Source: Paraspadella gotoi
Lineage: Eukaryota > Animalia > Chaetognatha
Assembly (NCBI GenBank): GCA_051294375.1
Contig: CM119271.1
Span: 3,974,113-3,993,311 of the forward strand
Direction of reading: 5' to 3'
Length of the DNA stretch: 19,199 bases
The notes under the pieces were generated by a model that worked only from the letters and a program-made list of their open reading frames with translations, did no database searches and was not told the origin of the DNA. Position numbers and translations under genes: made by a program. Position 1 is the first letter of the stretch. Every line of letters begins with the position of its first letter. Positions 9,767 through 18,229 of the stretch are shown here, piece by piece.

Positions 9767-9871
9767 AGTGAGAGATGGAGAGAGAGAGAGAGGCCCACCC
9801 GTTGGCGCCAAAGATTCTTCGCCACCGACGCCGATGTAATGTGGATTGAGCAGCGCCATGGATTCTGGCAT
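1..9871 (-). CDS. ERC1: ELKS/CAST/ERC family (Bruchpilot N-terminal homolog) active-zone coiled-coil protein, multi-exon, 3' end outside the window
   Basis: Manually spliced GT-AG exons (minus): 9799-9871, 9419-9615, 8774-9018, 8318-8463, 7930-8035, 7581-7724, 7240-7480, 6934-7020, 6159-6271, 5809-6037, 5345-5437, 5158-5269, 4617-4809, 4139-4300, 3302-3408, 3158-3214, 2842-2993, 2288-2486, 1496-1672, 628-850, 1-141 (~3.2 kb, ~1060 aa). Family hallmarks: SSIKTFWSPELKKERAARKD, YVEVLKETVNTKDQH, ERKINVLQRRIENM, TDSALWYLREELRDKER. Phases are consistent from 9871 to 6271 and from 3214 to 628. There are frame breaks at 5158-6176 and 3302-3408. The symbol is family-level; no ERC1/ERC2 orthology is implied. 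Confidence 0.9.
628..850 (-). CDS. ERC1: ELKS exon (WESLRKLKVEAAKLNRCCRSLDAEKRHRDRVVRGLREML...)
   Basis: TTTTTCTTCAG acceptor, phase 0. Donor AG|GTGGGC is less certain. Confidence 0.75.
990..1107. mobile_element. MITE-like element with 19-bp perfect inverted repeats
   Basis: GATTAAAAACGTCGAATTT at 990-1008 and AAATTCGACGTTTTTAATC at 1089-1107, with an 80-bp spacer and AT-rich flanks. Confidence 0.55.
1251..1282 (+). repeat. (CTAAA)6 microsatellite
   Basis: Direct reading. Confidence 0.95.
1496..1672 (-). CDS. ERC1: ELKS exon with ENK tandem repeat
   Basis: TTTCCAG|GAA ... CAG|GTAAAT, 59 codons, phase 0/0. Confidence 0.8.
1964..2150 (+). repeat. low-complexity (ATTATC/GTTAATC)n array
   Basis: Direct reading. 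Confidence 0.85.
2288..2486 (-). CDS. ERC1: ELKS exon (GRLRTLEC...LERKLEDADLELRVLKK...LERFHQ)
   Basis: TTCAG acceptor in phase 2 matches the upstream exon. CAG|GTGAGA donor. Confidence 0.8.
2620..2815 (+). repeat. degenerate (TCAA)n/(TCCA)n microsatellite
   Basis: Direct reading. Confidence 0.85.
2842..2993 (-). CDS. ERC1: ELKS exon (DKNKLMETLKNQGENISTDSALWYLREELRDKERILAMMKQEK)
   Basis: TTGCAG|GAC ... AG|GTGAGA. Resembles the ERC TDTALTTLEEALAEKER segment. Confidence 0.85.
3158..3214 (-). CDS. ERC1: ELKS exon (ERKINVLQRRIENMEDSLQ)
   Basis: TTTTTTTAG acceptor, GTAAGA donor. Close to ERC ERKVNVLQKKIENL. Confidence 0.9.
3302..3408 (-). CDS. ERC1: ELKS exon with indel frameshifts (EKDVLLNQ...LESEVSGFRTSNDIK)
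   Basis: 107 nt between phase-0 neighbours. Needs indel correction (A6 run at 3402-3407). Confidence 0.65.
3435..3795. mobile_element. Helentron-associated (HINE/DINE-1-like) non-autonomous element
   Basis: Internal (GACA/GACC)n array at ~3645-3745, then a GC-rich hairpin CCGCGA-GTAG-TCGCGG (3768-3783) framed by TTTTAG/CTAAAA, ending in an A run. The left boundary is approximate. Confidence 0.45.
3919..3991 (+). tRNA. trnK-CTT: tRNA-Lys (anticodon CTT)
   Basis: 73-nt cloverleaf: acceptor GCCCGGT/ATTGGGC, D stem GCTC/GAGC, anticodon stem CAGGA/TCCTG with loop CTCTTAA, T arm GTGGG-TTCGAGC-CCCAC. Intact A and B boxes. Confidence 0.97.
4001..4005 (+). terminator. Pol III terminator (T5) of tRNA-Lys
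   Basis: TTTTT 10 nt downstream of the tRNA 3' end. Confidence 0.7.
4139..4300 (-). CDS. ERC1: ELKS exon (RDRATCLEEQLEMFEKQISDLSSYVEVLKETVNTKDQHTASLYAESEEIRGRLK)
   Basis: CTGCAG|CGC ... AAG|GTAAGG, 54 codons. Resembles ERC HIEVLKESLTAKEQ. Confidence 0.9.
4617..4809 (-). CDS. ERC1: ELKS exon (LKVYARSVASG...LRERHEELKTGLKMK)
   Basis: CTTACCAG acceptor, AAG|GTTGGT donor, GC-rich open frame. Confidence 0.75.
5158..5437 (-). CDS. ERC1: two ELKS exons (5345-5437 and 5158-5269), frames uncertain
   Basis: Canonical splice sites and coiled-coil peptides (SSSQKLEELRQDHQ; EASRLQAEIEEKEGQL), but the phases do not join without indels. Confidence 0.6.
5809..6271 (-). CDS. ERC1: two ELKS exons (6159-6271 and 5809-6037)
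   Basis: VIEELESRLAEVDASKIRVKNDIEAAK and VRDEMLTTMNEISETLRE. The phase mismatch is fixed by one extra G in the run at 6173-6176. Confidence 0.75.
6409..6449 (+). ncRNA. minimal type I hammerhead ribozyme (Penelope-like element type)
   Basis: Stem I GCG(6409-11)/CGT(6447-49). Core CTGATGA 6412-18 plus an extra A. Stem II GGCTC(6420-24)/GAGCC(6432-36). GAAA 6437-40. One-bp stem III capped by the palindromic tetraloop CATG. GTC triplet with predicted cleavage after 6446. Confidence 0.75.
6485..6640 (+). mobile_element. tRNA-derived SINE-like unit (tRNA-Gly-like head) with structured body and AT-rich tail
   Basis: GCGGCCA(6485-91)/TGGCCGC(6550-56) acceptor-like stem, A-box-like TGGTGCCGGAGG, B-box-like GGTTCTAGCCC, and TTCGCCTCCCA resembling the Gly(CCC) anticodon arm but unpaired. 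Followed by hairpins and a TATTTATATT tail. Confidence 0.55.
6934..7020 (-). CDS. ERC1: ELKS exon (AEIELKLLEVERLEEEMRANEALEVEELK)
   Basis: TTTCAG|GCG ... AAG|GTATGT, 29 codons. Confidence 0.8.
7240..7480 (-). CDS. ERC1: ELKS exon carrying the signature IKTFWSPELKKER motif
   Basis: CCTACAG acceptor in phase 2, CAG|GTTGGG donor. The motif is diagnostic of ERC1/ERC2/Bruchpilot/elks-1. Confidence 0.95.
7581..9871 (-). CDS. ERC1: six N-terminal low-complexity exons of the ELKS gene (9799-9871, 9419-9615, 8774-9018, 8318-8463, 7930-8035, 7581-7724)
   Basis: All six junctions have matching phases (1,0,2,1,2,2) with GT-AG sites and no stops. The start codon (9871 or 9859) is not proven. Confidence 0.7.
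9692..9792 (+). repeat. imperfect (GA)n microsatellite
   Basis: Direct reading. Confidence 0.9.
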
Positions 9872-10093
9872 CGACACCACCGGAGAAGTCGGGTCGTCGT
9901 CGTCCCAGACTCTGTTAGGGTGAGCGGGTTAGGGTCGTAAGGGAAAGAGGAAATTATGAAAATTATACTAAATAATGATAATAATAATATTAAGATCGAG
10001 GAAAATCGGGAAGAGAAAACGTAGTAGATACTAAAAATTATATTATAAGTCATGGTTTTAATGATGGGATGATTAGGAAATGGAAATAGGGAT

Positions 10094-10218
<125 letters not shown>

Positions 10219-10281
10219 AACAATTTACCTTTTATGCGACTCTGGTAAGTAGTCACTAGTTGTCCTTAAGTCTCTCAGTAG

Positions 10282-10287
10282 TTTATT
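10282..10287 (-). terminator. candidate polyadenylation signal of the Id/emc gene
   Basis: AATAAA on the minus strand about 340 nt after the stop codon. Confidence 0.4.
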
Positions 10288-10569
10288 CCATTGTCTCACT
10301 TAGACTTAGTATCTCCATTGTTACTGCTATTGCTTATTCCTTTCTTGATCTGTAACTCTTGTCACCTTCCATCGCGGTATGATTACTAATATATAAATCC
10401 CAGGTTTAGCAACTTATGTCTATTAAAGAAATTGAATATTCTATGAAATTGGTTTCTCTCACTTGCGAGATGATGAATCCATCCCTGCGAGTTTTCAAAA
10501 GGTTTCGTTGTATTCCGATAGAGGGCTTAGTAGAATTGTCTCCCTTCTAGACTAATTACGGGGTGAGTA

Positions 10570-10570
10570 A

Positions 10571-10618
<48 letters not shown>
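10570..10618 (+). repeat. (GA)n microsatellite in the Id/emc 3' UTR
   Basis: Direct reading. Confidence 0.9.
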
Positions 10619-10620
<2 letters not shown>

Positions 10621-10624
10621 TCCT

Positions 10625-11785
10625 TTAACTCCCTCCGCAGACTCGATCCTTGCTAACGCGGTCAGCTTCGTCCAGAGTTCGGCTCAATTCCGAGATATAG
10701 TCGATTGTGTGTTGAAGGATCTCTGTGTTGCTCACGTCCGAAGTTTCCTTCACGGACGGGACGAGGGACTTGAGCACGGTGAAGCAAGCCTGGAAGGATG
10801 AAGTTGGAGGAAAAGGGTGTGGTGATTCGAGAGCAACTAGCAAAAGACGCCAAAACCGCGGTCGGCGAAAATAAAATTTAGCCCTGCAGTTTTTCAGAGC
10901 TTGCCAACAGTTAAATAATTAACAAATAAATGCATTTTATTTAAAAAAAAGTCTTTAAAACATACCCATTTCTTTAATAAAATTAAGTTATTAATTCTTA
11001 CGTATTATTGAACAAAGCAATAACATCATTGAATGAATATTATTCTGTGAATCAGTACAAATAGGAAGTAATAAAAACAAATAAACAAAACCCTTAATTC
11101 AAATAACAAACCTGCATTTCTTTCGCCTCGGCCAACTTCCTCGTCGTCGTCGTCGTCGTTGCGGCGTCTTCCTCCGTCGAATCCTGAGGCGATGCCGACG
11201 AGGGAGGCGTCGGAGTGTTGGGCGGTCGGCGGGAGGAGTCGGGGCCTTCGTCCGGGCTGCGGGGCGATCGGTCCAGGGCGGCGGTTGAGGGGCGGGCGGG
11301 CGACTGGGGGCGAGAGGATGGGGTTGGGCGGTTGGAAGGAATTTGGGGAAGTAGACAATCGAGGGAAATTAACTGCAGTGGAGTCGAGCTTGCTTTGCAC
11401 CAGACCTCTGGAATGGAGGCCTCGGCTTATCGTGACCTTTCCAGATGGCTTGTTATTTGAAAGAATGGATAATTTTATATTGAGTGAATCAATTTCAGTG
11501 ACCGAATGAAATACTATCAGTTATTATTGTAATAGAATGTAACGATATTTTTCTGATATTTAAAAAAAAAACATTTACAAGTAATTTTGTAACTTTCGCA
11601 CTATCACACAATGAAGCCTTTTGATCGGAAAATCAGTTTTTTTAATTTCGCACTTTTGATCACTCTCTAGGTTAAATTCACGTCAACCTCACCTCGGATC
11701 CGACAGACGGCGAAGCGGCGGCGTTGTTCAGCGGCGGCGGCGGCGGCGGAGAAGGCGGCGGAGACGAAGAGGCGATAGTCGCCAT
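10625..11785 (-). CDS. emc: Id/extramacrochaetae-type HLH inhibitor (no basic region), 3 exons, 149 aa
   Basis: Exons 11693-11785 (GCCATGG Kozak; MATIASSSPPPSPPPPPP...), 11112-11303 and 10625-10789, all phase 0. The spliced HLH reads EAKEMQ|ACFTVLKSLVPSVKETSDVSNTEILQHTIDYISEL, matching the Id consensus (CYSxLKELVP...VSKxEILQHVIDYIxDL). The preceding region is acidic/Thr-rich, not basic. Confidence 0.85.
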
Positions 11786-11842
11786 GGCGACGGAGGGTAA
11801 GGACTTGGGTTAAGTACCGCAGCACGAAGGGGGGAGTGGGGG

Positions 11843-11885
11843 TTAAATAAAAAGGAAAAGAGGACGTCACGTCACGTGATGACGT
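11843..11885 (-). promoter_or_regulatory. putative proximal promoter of the Id/emc gene (TATA-like, CRE and E-box motifs)
   Basis: TATTTAA on minus (11843-49) about 60 bp upstream of the ATG. Overlapping GACGTCAC, GTCACGTGAT and TGACGT at 11863-11885. Confidence 0.5.
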
Positions 11886-12266
11886 TTGTCGTCTCGCGAT
11901 CGTCTGTGTGACGTTTGGCTCCTCTTGTTTTTATGTCGCATGGTTTACTGTTCTTCAAAAGAAATCGTTTTTATTTAAATTTGCTTAAAAAATATGGAAT
12001 CTAAATAACATAGCATATTGTTTTGATATTGTAACCAATTTATGCTTAGAGATAATTGACTTAGCTTTCCTTTTAAAATTAAATTATAGTCTCAAACTTA
12101 TTATTATTACATGGATTCTAATGACAAAAATAGTTTTACACCCGCGTTAGTGTTTGTGAAGAAGTAGTTTTTTTTTCTCGGCGATTAAATAAAATCTGTT
12201 CCATCTCAGTGCGAGCGTTCTGAAAAAATCACGACCTTCATGGCTGGGGACAGAAGGAATTTCCAT

Positions 12267-12284
12267 GAGAGAGAATGTGGAGAG

Positions 12285-12346
<62 letters not shown>

Positions 12347-12364
12347 GAGAGAGAGAGGAGAGAG
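12267..12364 (+). repeat. (GA)n microsatellite (duplicate at 17723-17825)
   Basis: Direct reading. Confidence 0.9.
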
Positions 12365-13310
12365 TTGAGCATAATAATCGAGCTAATAACCGGCATGTAT
12401 TGATTAAATCGGAAAAAATGACATTAAGACCACACTTTCTTTTAGAGACCGGATTTTAAAAATAATTAAAAAAATAAACGAAAAGTAACTTTTAATTGAG
12501 ACATAATCTAAGTAGTCTCTCTCATGTGTCATGAAACGACGAACAACCATAATAAAGTCTGCATTATTAGTTTATTAGTCGAAAGAAATGGAAAAACACA
12601 TTTTTTCCAAATGTGTTAGTTTTAGGAGAGGAAAAAGAAAATATTACGCTATGTCCTAAGCTCTATGATGGAGGAAAGGTGTGAAAGGTGGGGGGGTCTG
12701 CATCGAGAGAAGAGCACGCGACGTTTGAGCGTGCCGAGATTGGAACTCTCTCTCTGCTCTTCTCTTGTTCTTCTCTCTCTCTGACCGCTTCGCTGTTCGT
12801 ACGAGAAAGAGCACTTTCTCTTCCTTCTTTCCTTCTACATATTATTTTCCGTATTAATCAAGTCTGTGCTACCGAAAAATGCATTGTGTGTTTCTAAAAA
12901 TTGAAATTGAAATTTTTATATTTTTATATTTTCCTATTTATATTACTTTTATCTTAAATTTATTATTTTCTGACAAATTCCTTATTCTTTAAAATGCCCT
13001 AATCCAAATGCAAAAATTATGAACTCATTAGACATTTGGTTTTTTGTCAGTTATTAAATTTGATTATTTCACTGCTAGGAGAATTCCGACACTTTTGCGG
13101 TTTTATTTAACAATGTGAACATCGCACAAGTGTTTTGTGTCTCTCTAAACTTAAATTAATTATGTTTTCAATTCAATTGTAGAATATCCTTAAATTGTAA
13201 ATGTTTTAGTTTAGAAAACTTGCGGTATTTAATTTTACCACATGAATTTAAAACCAAGTTTACGACCACCAGCTCCAAAACATAAAGCTATCACTAAAAT
13301 GTACTTAGCG

Positions 13311-13504
13311 CCAATGAAACTGACCAATCACGCGTGAGCTTTGAGGAAGAACACGAGTCTACATCGACCAATTCGACGACGAGAACAGGATGGGTAACTG
13401 CTATTGGCGATCAGGCCAATTTCCTTAGCTCGGCGCAGCGGGAGGCAAGAAAGTTCTTAATTCTGACCAAATTCACAACACGGCGTTTTCATAATGCAAC
13501 CAAT
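13311..13504. promoter_or_regulatory. CCAAT-box (NF-Y) cluster, copy 1
   Basis: CCAAT/ATTGG at 13311, 13324, 13368, 13403, 13416 and 13500, followed by a GC-rich GGCGTC tract. Confidence 0.55.
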
Positions 13505-13894
13505 CGGGATCAAGGAGACGAGATGGAATCTCCGGAAGTGCGCTCTGATAGAACGCTGTGGTGCTCTTGGAAATGAACAGCCACGGCGTAGGCGTCGTCA
13601 GCGGCGTACGGCGGCGTCGGCGCTACTTTCGGCGTCGGCGCCGTTTGCCTTCTTCGCTAAATATGTTCATAAAATTTAATGTAAAAATCAAGGAATAACA
13701 TTTCCTCCGATCAGTTTTTGACGCATTACGATTCAAACAAAGATCTTGCCAGTCTGTGAAATTGTTTCACATTTGAGATTTTTACTGTCTTTTTATTTGT
13801 GTAAGCCTCCAGGGATACGAGAATGTTCTGTGACTGTGGTCAGATTTGGCCAGCGGAGACTGTTCTATCAGTTTTTGACATGGAATCTCTCTCT

Positions 13895-13919
13895 NNNNNN
13901 NNNNNNNNNNNNNNNNNNN
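13895..13919. other. assembly gap of 25 N (other gaps at 160-323 and 3690-3699)
   Basis: Direct reading. Confidence 1.
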
Positions 13920-15724
13920 GCAGGATCTCGTGGTTTTTACGAAGATACGCATTCTTTTATGAACTGTCGCCGGAATCCGTTGAATGTGAACATTTCGGAA
14001 TTCTATCGGAAATTGGAGGTCTAAATTAGCACCCAATTGCCAAATCTTATTCGGACGCCGCATTGGCAGAAAACTTATAAAACCCACTTCTGCGTTCAGC
14101 AAAAATTTTCTCTGTTTATACCCGTCTTTAGGGGGAAATGGATGATACTGAAAAAGATTTCAACAAAAAATTTAGTTGCATTGGAACAGCCGCGGTTTCA
14201 CTAGGTCGAGTGCCTAGAGAATCTGGAATTATTTTTTTTATCCCCGATAAATGAATTGCGCATCGAAGAAGTAAAAAGACCTGTTACGGAGAGGAGTGTT
14301 CGAGACGTGAGTATAAACGCCCCATGAATGGGTCAAGGGGGTCCTGGATAAACGCAAAGTTTGTATCTAATACCTCGCCGACCTTGTGCGGAGCAACTGC
14401 CACATATTTTCCGACACTGTTCGAGTGTACTTCGTAGCCGAGATTATCTCGACGCTTTGGGGCTGGGCTCACGGGTGTCTTTGGTATATTAAGAAACGTA
14501 GTCTGCGAGAATGCTCGACTTTTTTGGAAACTGCTCTTGGGAGGCAGGTATGACCTCGAACACTCCTTGAAGATCGGATTGCAAGAAGATACTGTGGTAG
14601 GGTCGAGGGCGGAGGAAAGAGATTGAAAAACGGGCGTTGATTAATTTTGTGTATTCGATCGCAGAGCCGCAAACTAGTGCATTAAAATATCTTAAATCGA
14701 ACTGCCATCTATCAATCAGAGACGTATTTTACCCGCAGCGTTTGGTCGTCTGCTGTGTGCCAAGGGGAAGATTCATCCGCTGGCGCAGTATTCAAAGATC
14801 CTCTTAGTGAAAGGTTGTGAAATTTCTGCTCGGGAAGCTCTTTAAGAGGTTTCCTGACGCCTAGTTTACGACAATGCTGGAAGGGAAGCATCTTTCACCC
14901 TTTTATGATTCAATCTATATTGTGATATGCTCAAAGAACCCGGATTCTCGACATTGAAAGATTTGGGATTATGCCGGTTTAGAGATATGTTTTACGGGCA
15001 AGCGACCCTTTTTTGAGAGTATTCTGAACAGATTAACTTGAAGCACGTTCTCAATCTTGAATTGATGCCACGAAGATGTTTCTATCAACATTCTAGATTT
15101 AAAAAATCATTTTATTCAAGGAGAGAAGACCTTCACGAGAAGAATAAAGTTCCAAAATTTTCTATTTTGCGGAATTGGCCGGTTGGATGATGTAAATGCG
15201 TGAATCGAGTTATTGGTTAAGGTATGAAAGAAACTTGGTAGCGTCTCGTTGGTAAGAACATAAGTTTGGTTGACCAAAAAAATATGTTGGCCATAGAGGC
15301 TTTTCAACGTCTTATCTCTCCGGTCCGGTCGCTTTTAAATTTTTTTATCGGTGCGCGCGAGTGTGTGCTTGTTCATAGCACAGATAACATTTGAAAAAAG
15401 CGGCTTGTGTTGCACCGTGTCTTTAATTTTCGTTTACGTAAACAAAAAAATATATGAAATGACCGTTTAAAGGGGGGAGCATTGTTTTTGCTTAATTTAG
15501 TTCGAGTTGATCTATATTTGAACGCCCAAGCGGTCTATACGGCGATTTTATTAATCGTGTTTCATCCTCATTTCACACAATAAATGACTTTATTCATGGT
15601 TTTTATCAGATTGTCTATCATAGAAGTACTTTGTATTTAACATTGCAGTGTTTTCTCTTTAATTTAATTGTATAAGTTATAATAAATTTTGGTGAATAGT
15701 GCTCATAAAACTCTTTGGAATTAG

Positions 15725-15864
15725 ACCATGTTTCTTATGAGCTCTCGAAGATGTTGTATGTCCGTTGCGGAAACGATATTTTCGATCAGGAAGTTATTGG
15801 AAGGGTTTCGGTCGCAAAACGAAATCTAAAGGAGTTTCAAAATAAATTAGCTCAGTTCATTCTG
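15725..15864 (+). CDS. possible isolated exon of an unknown gene (HVSYELSKMLYVRCGNDIFDQEVIGRVSVAKRNLKEFQNKLAQFIL)
   Basis: TTAG acceptor, 46 open codons, CTG|GTGAGT consensus donor. No recognisable family. Confidence 0.3.
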
Positions 15865-16398
15865 GTGAGTTAGATTCAAAGTGATGTATCTGTACAGTTT
15901 TGCTATAAGAAAAACTCAAATGCTTTCAAATCGAAGTAGTTGATAATTTACATTTCAGAGGGAATAGTCATACTCAGGGAATAGTTGAAAATGGAAACTT
16001 ACTTCTTCTTCTCAAAAGATAATCGAAACATAAAAAGTTGTTAAACCTTGAACCAGTTTCAAAGACTTTGATTGTGGAAATATTTAAATCCTAAAGGCAA
16101 GTTTTGACTTTCGAAAAAAGATCTCTTTTTTCCCAACAGTTTAAAGCTTACGCTTCCTTGGTGTATGATAGTTACAAGTTGACATTTCAAGTTATTTTTA
16201 TAAACAACAGAGCTATTCCTTTGTATTTAAACTCTACACCCCAACTTATAAAACTTTCGTATATTCGATAATGATTGAAAACGGTGTAGCTGCAAGAAAG
16301 ATGTTATGTGAAAACGGTCTTAGCTATTGCGCAATTCATTTATCATTTTGAAAAATTTGCCAAGATTCGAGTTTCGAAGATTCCGCGATAGAGTCTTC

Positions 16399-16470
16399 TG
16401 CGGTGCGCCGATGGATGGATCCAGTTTGTGGGTCAGAGATGGTGTAACTTATCCGTAAAACAATCCTTCG
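16399..16470 (+). pseudogene. frameshifted Kazal-type serine protease inhibitor domain fragment
   Basis: GAT CCA GTT TGT GGG TCA [GA] GAT GGT GTA ACT TAT CCG gives DPVCGSDGVTYP after removing 2 nt, the Kazal PVCGSDGxTY motif. It may be a real gene read with errors. Confidence 0.55.
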
Positions 16471-16799
16471 CAGCAACCGCCTACCAAAAAAAATAATTTT
16501 TAGGCTCTCCTTGTTGATAAAATGTTTTTTTTATAAATCTAGATGTGATAGAAACATGTCTTACGGGTAGTTAATTTCAAGATGGGTGAGACGTGGGCTT
16601 CAGTTAAATTGTTTCCGCGATATCTTCAAAAAGGTGGGGTGGTGGTTGCGTTGCGTAAATATCTCTTTACCGGATAATCCCGGAACTTTTCGAATGTTCG
16701 AGACGTGTCCTTGAGTCTTTCATCATTTTTTAGTTGAATGCATAACGTGTTGAAGATTGCTCCCCAGCAGCCAAGGAACCAACCTCGAAAATATACTAA

Positions 16800-17310
16800 A
16801 ATGTCGGAAATGGCGGGGGGCTGGGGGATGTTAGTCGGTGGTGTGTGTGGGTGGAGAGGTGGGGTGGTATCGGAGGTGGTGGTGATTTGTGCGTGTTGTT
16901 TAATTGTCGCGTGTGGGGATACGAGCTGTGAGCGGCTGTCGGGGGTGTTGGTGGTGGAAGAGTCGTGAGGGTGAGAGGGTGTGGGATGTGGTGTAGGATG
17001 GATGGTAGGCTGTGTCATGGGGTAGAGTTGTGGTGCATTGTGAGGGGTCGGAGCATCTGGACTTTAGGGGGTCGGTACGGGTGGTGCGGTAATAGTTGGA
17101 GTGTGGTGGGAAATGGCTGGGAGGAGGGCGGATGGTCGGATGTGGGGATGGTGTAGTGGTGAAATAGAATGGTAGGTGTAATGGGGTGGTGCTGCTGGGT
17201 ATGGTGAAAATGTGGTGGATAGGGTGTGGGGATGGGGGATGTGGTGTGTGGTTGTTATGTGTGGGTGTGTAGGGATGGTGGGCTGTTGGTGGTTGGGGTC
17301 GTGGCGTCTG
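16800..17310 (+). other. G/T-rich low-complexity stretch without periodicity, probably low-quality read sequence
   Basis: Extreme G+T skew, no repeat unit, abuts the second copy of the duplication. Confidence 0.6.
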
Positions 17311-17320
17311 CAAGGGAGTT

Positions 17321-17746
17321 AAGGAGAAAGAGATACGTCAGTCACGGTGAGTTTACGTCTTGTCGGCGATCTGTGTGACGCTTTGGATCCATCTTGTTTT
17401 ATATGTCGCATGGTTTTCTGTTTTCCAAATTTAATCGTTTTATTTAATTCTGCTTAAAAACAATGGACAGATATACAGTAATTGTTTTATAGTACAATTT
17501 GTCGTTAGAATACATTTGAGCTTTCCTTTTTAAAATACAATTCATAGTCTACAATTAATTATTCATTACATGGATTCAATGACAAAAATTTTATACACCC
17601 CAGTGTTTGTGAAGAAGTAGATATTTTTTTTTTCTCGGCGATTAAAATAAAATCGTGTTCCATTCTCAGTGCGAGCGTCTTGAAAAAATCACGACCTCAT
17701 GGTGGGGAAGAAGGAATTCCATGAGAGAGAATGTGAGAGAGGAGAG

Positions 17747-17785
<39 letters not shown>

Positions 17786-17790
17786 AGAGA

Positions 17791-17823
<33 letters not shown>

Positions 17824-18190
17824 GACGTATGAGGCATAACTAATTAATCGAGCTAATAACCGGCATGTATTGATTAAATCGGAAACAAATGACATTAAGA
17901 CCACACTTTCTTTTAGAGACCGGATTTTAAAAATAATTAAAAAAACAAAAACGAAAATAACTTTAATTGAGCGATAAACTAAGAGTTTTCAATCTAATTC
18001 ATGAAACACGAACAAAATCAGTCGCATATGTTTATAGCGAAAGAAATGAAAACACATTTTTTCCCAATGTTTAGTTTAGGAGAGAAAAAAAAATTGTGTC
18101 GAAGCTCTATGATGGAAGGAAAGATGGGAAAGGGTGGGGGGGGTTGGCATCGAGAGAAGAGCACGCGAGTTTTGAGCGTGCGAGATGGAA

Positions 18191-18229
<39 letters not shown>

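Larger units (their letters stand above)
11851..13801 (+). repeat. ~1.9-kb direct duplication, copy 1
   Basis: Colinear with 17321-19199 (e.g. the identical block TAATCGAGCTAATAACCGGCATGTATTGATTAAATCGGAAA). Differences are mainly 1-2 nt indels. Confidence 0.95.

Noticed and set aside
11026-11400. 124-aa ORF overlapping Id exon 2
   Set aside because: Wrong frame: only the alternative frame joins in phase 0 to both exon 1 and the HLH exon.
16626-17313. Pro/His/Thr-rich ORFs on the minus strand
   Set aside because: By-products of G/T-rich low-complexity, probably junk, sequence.
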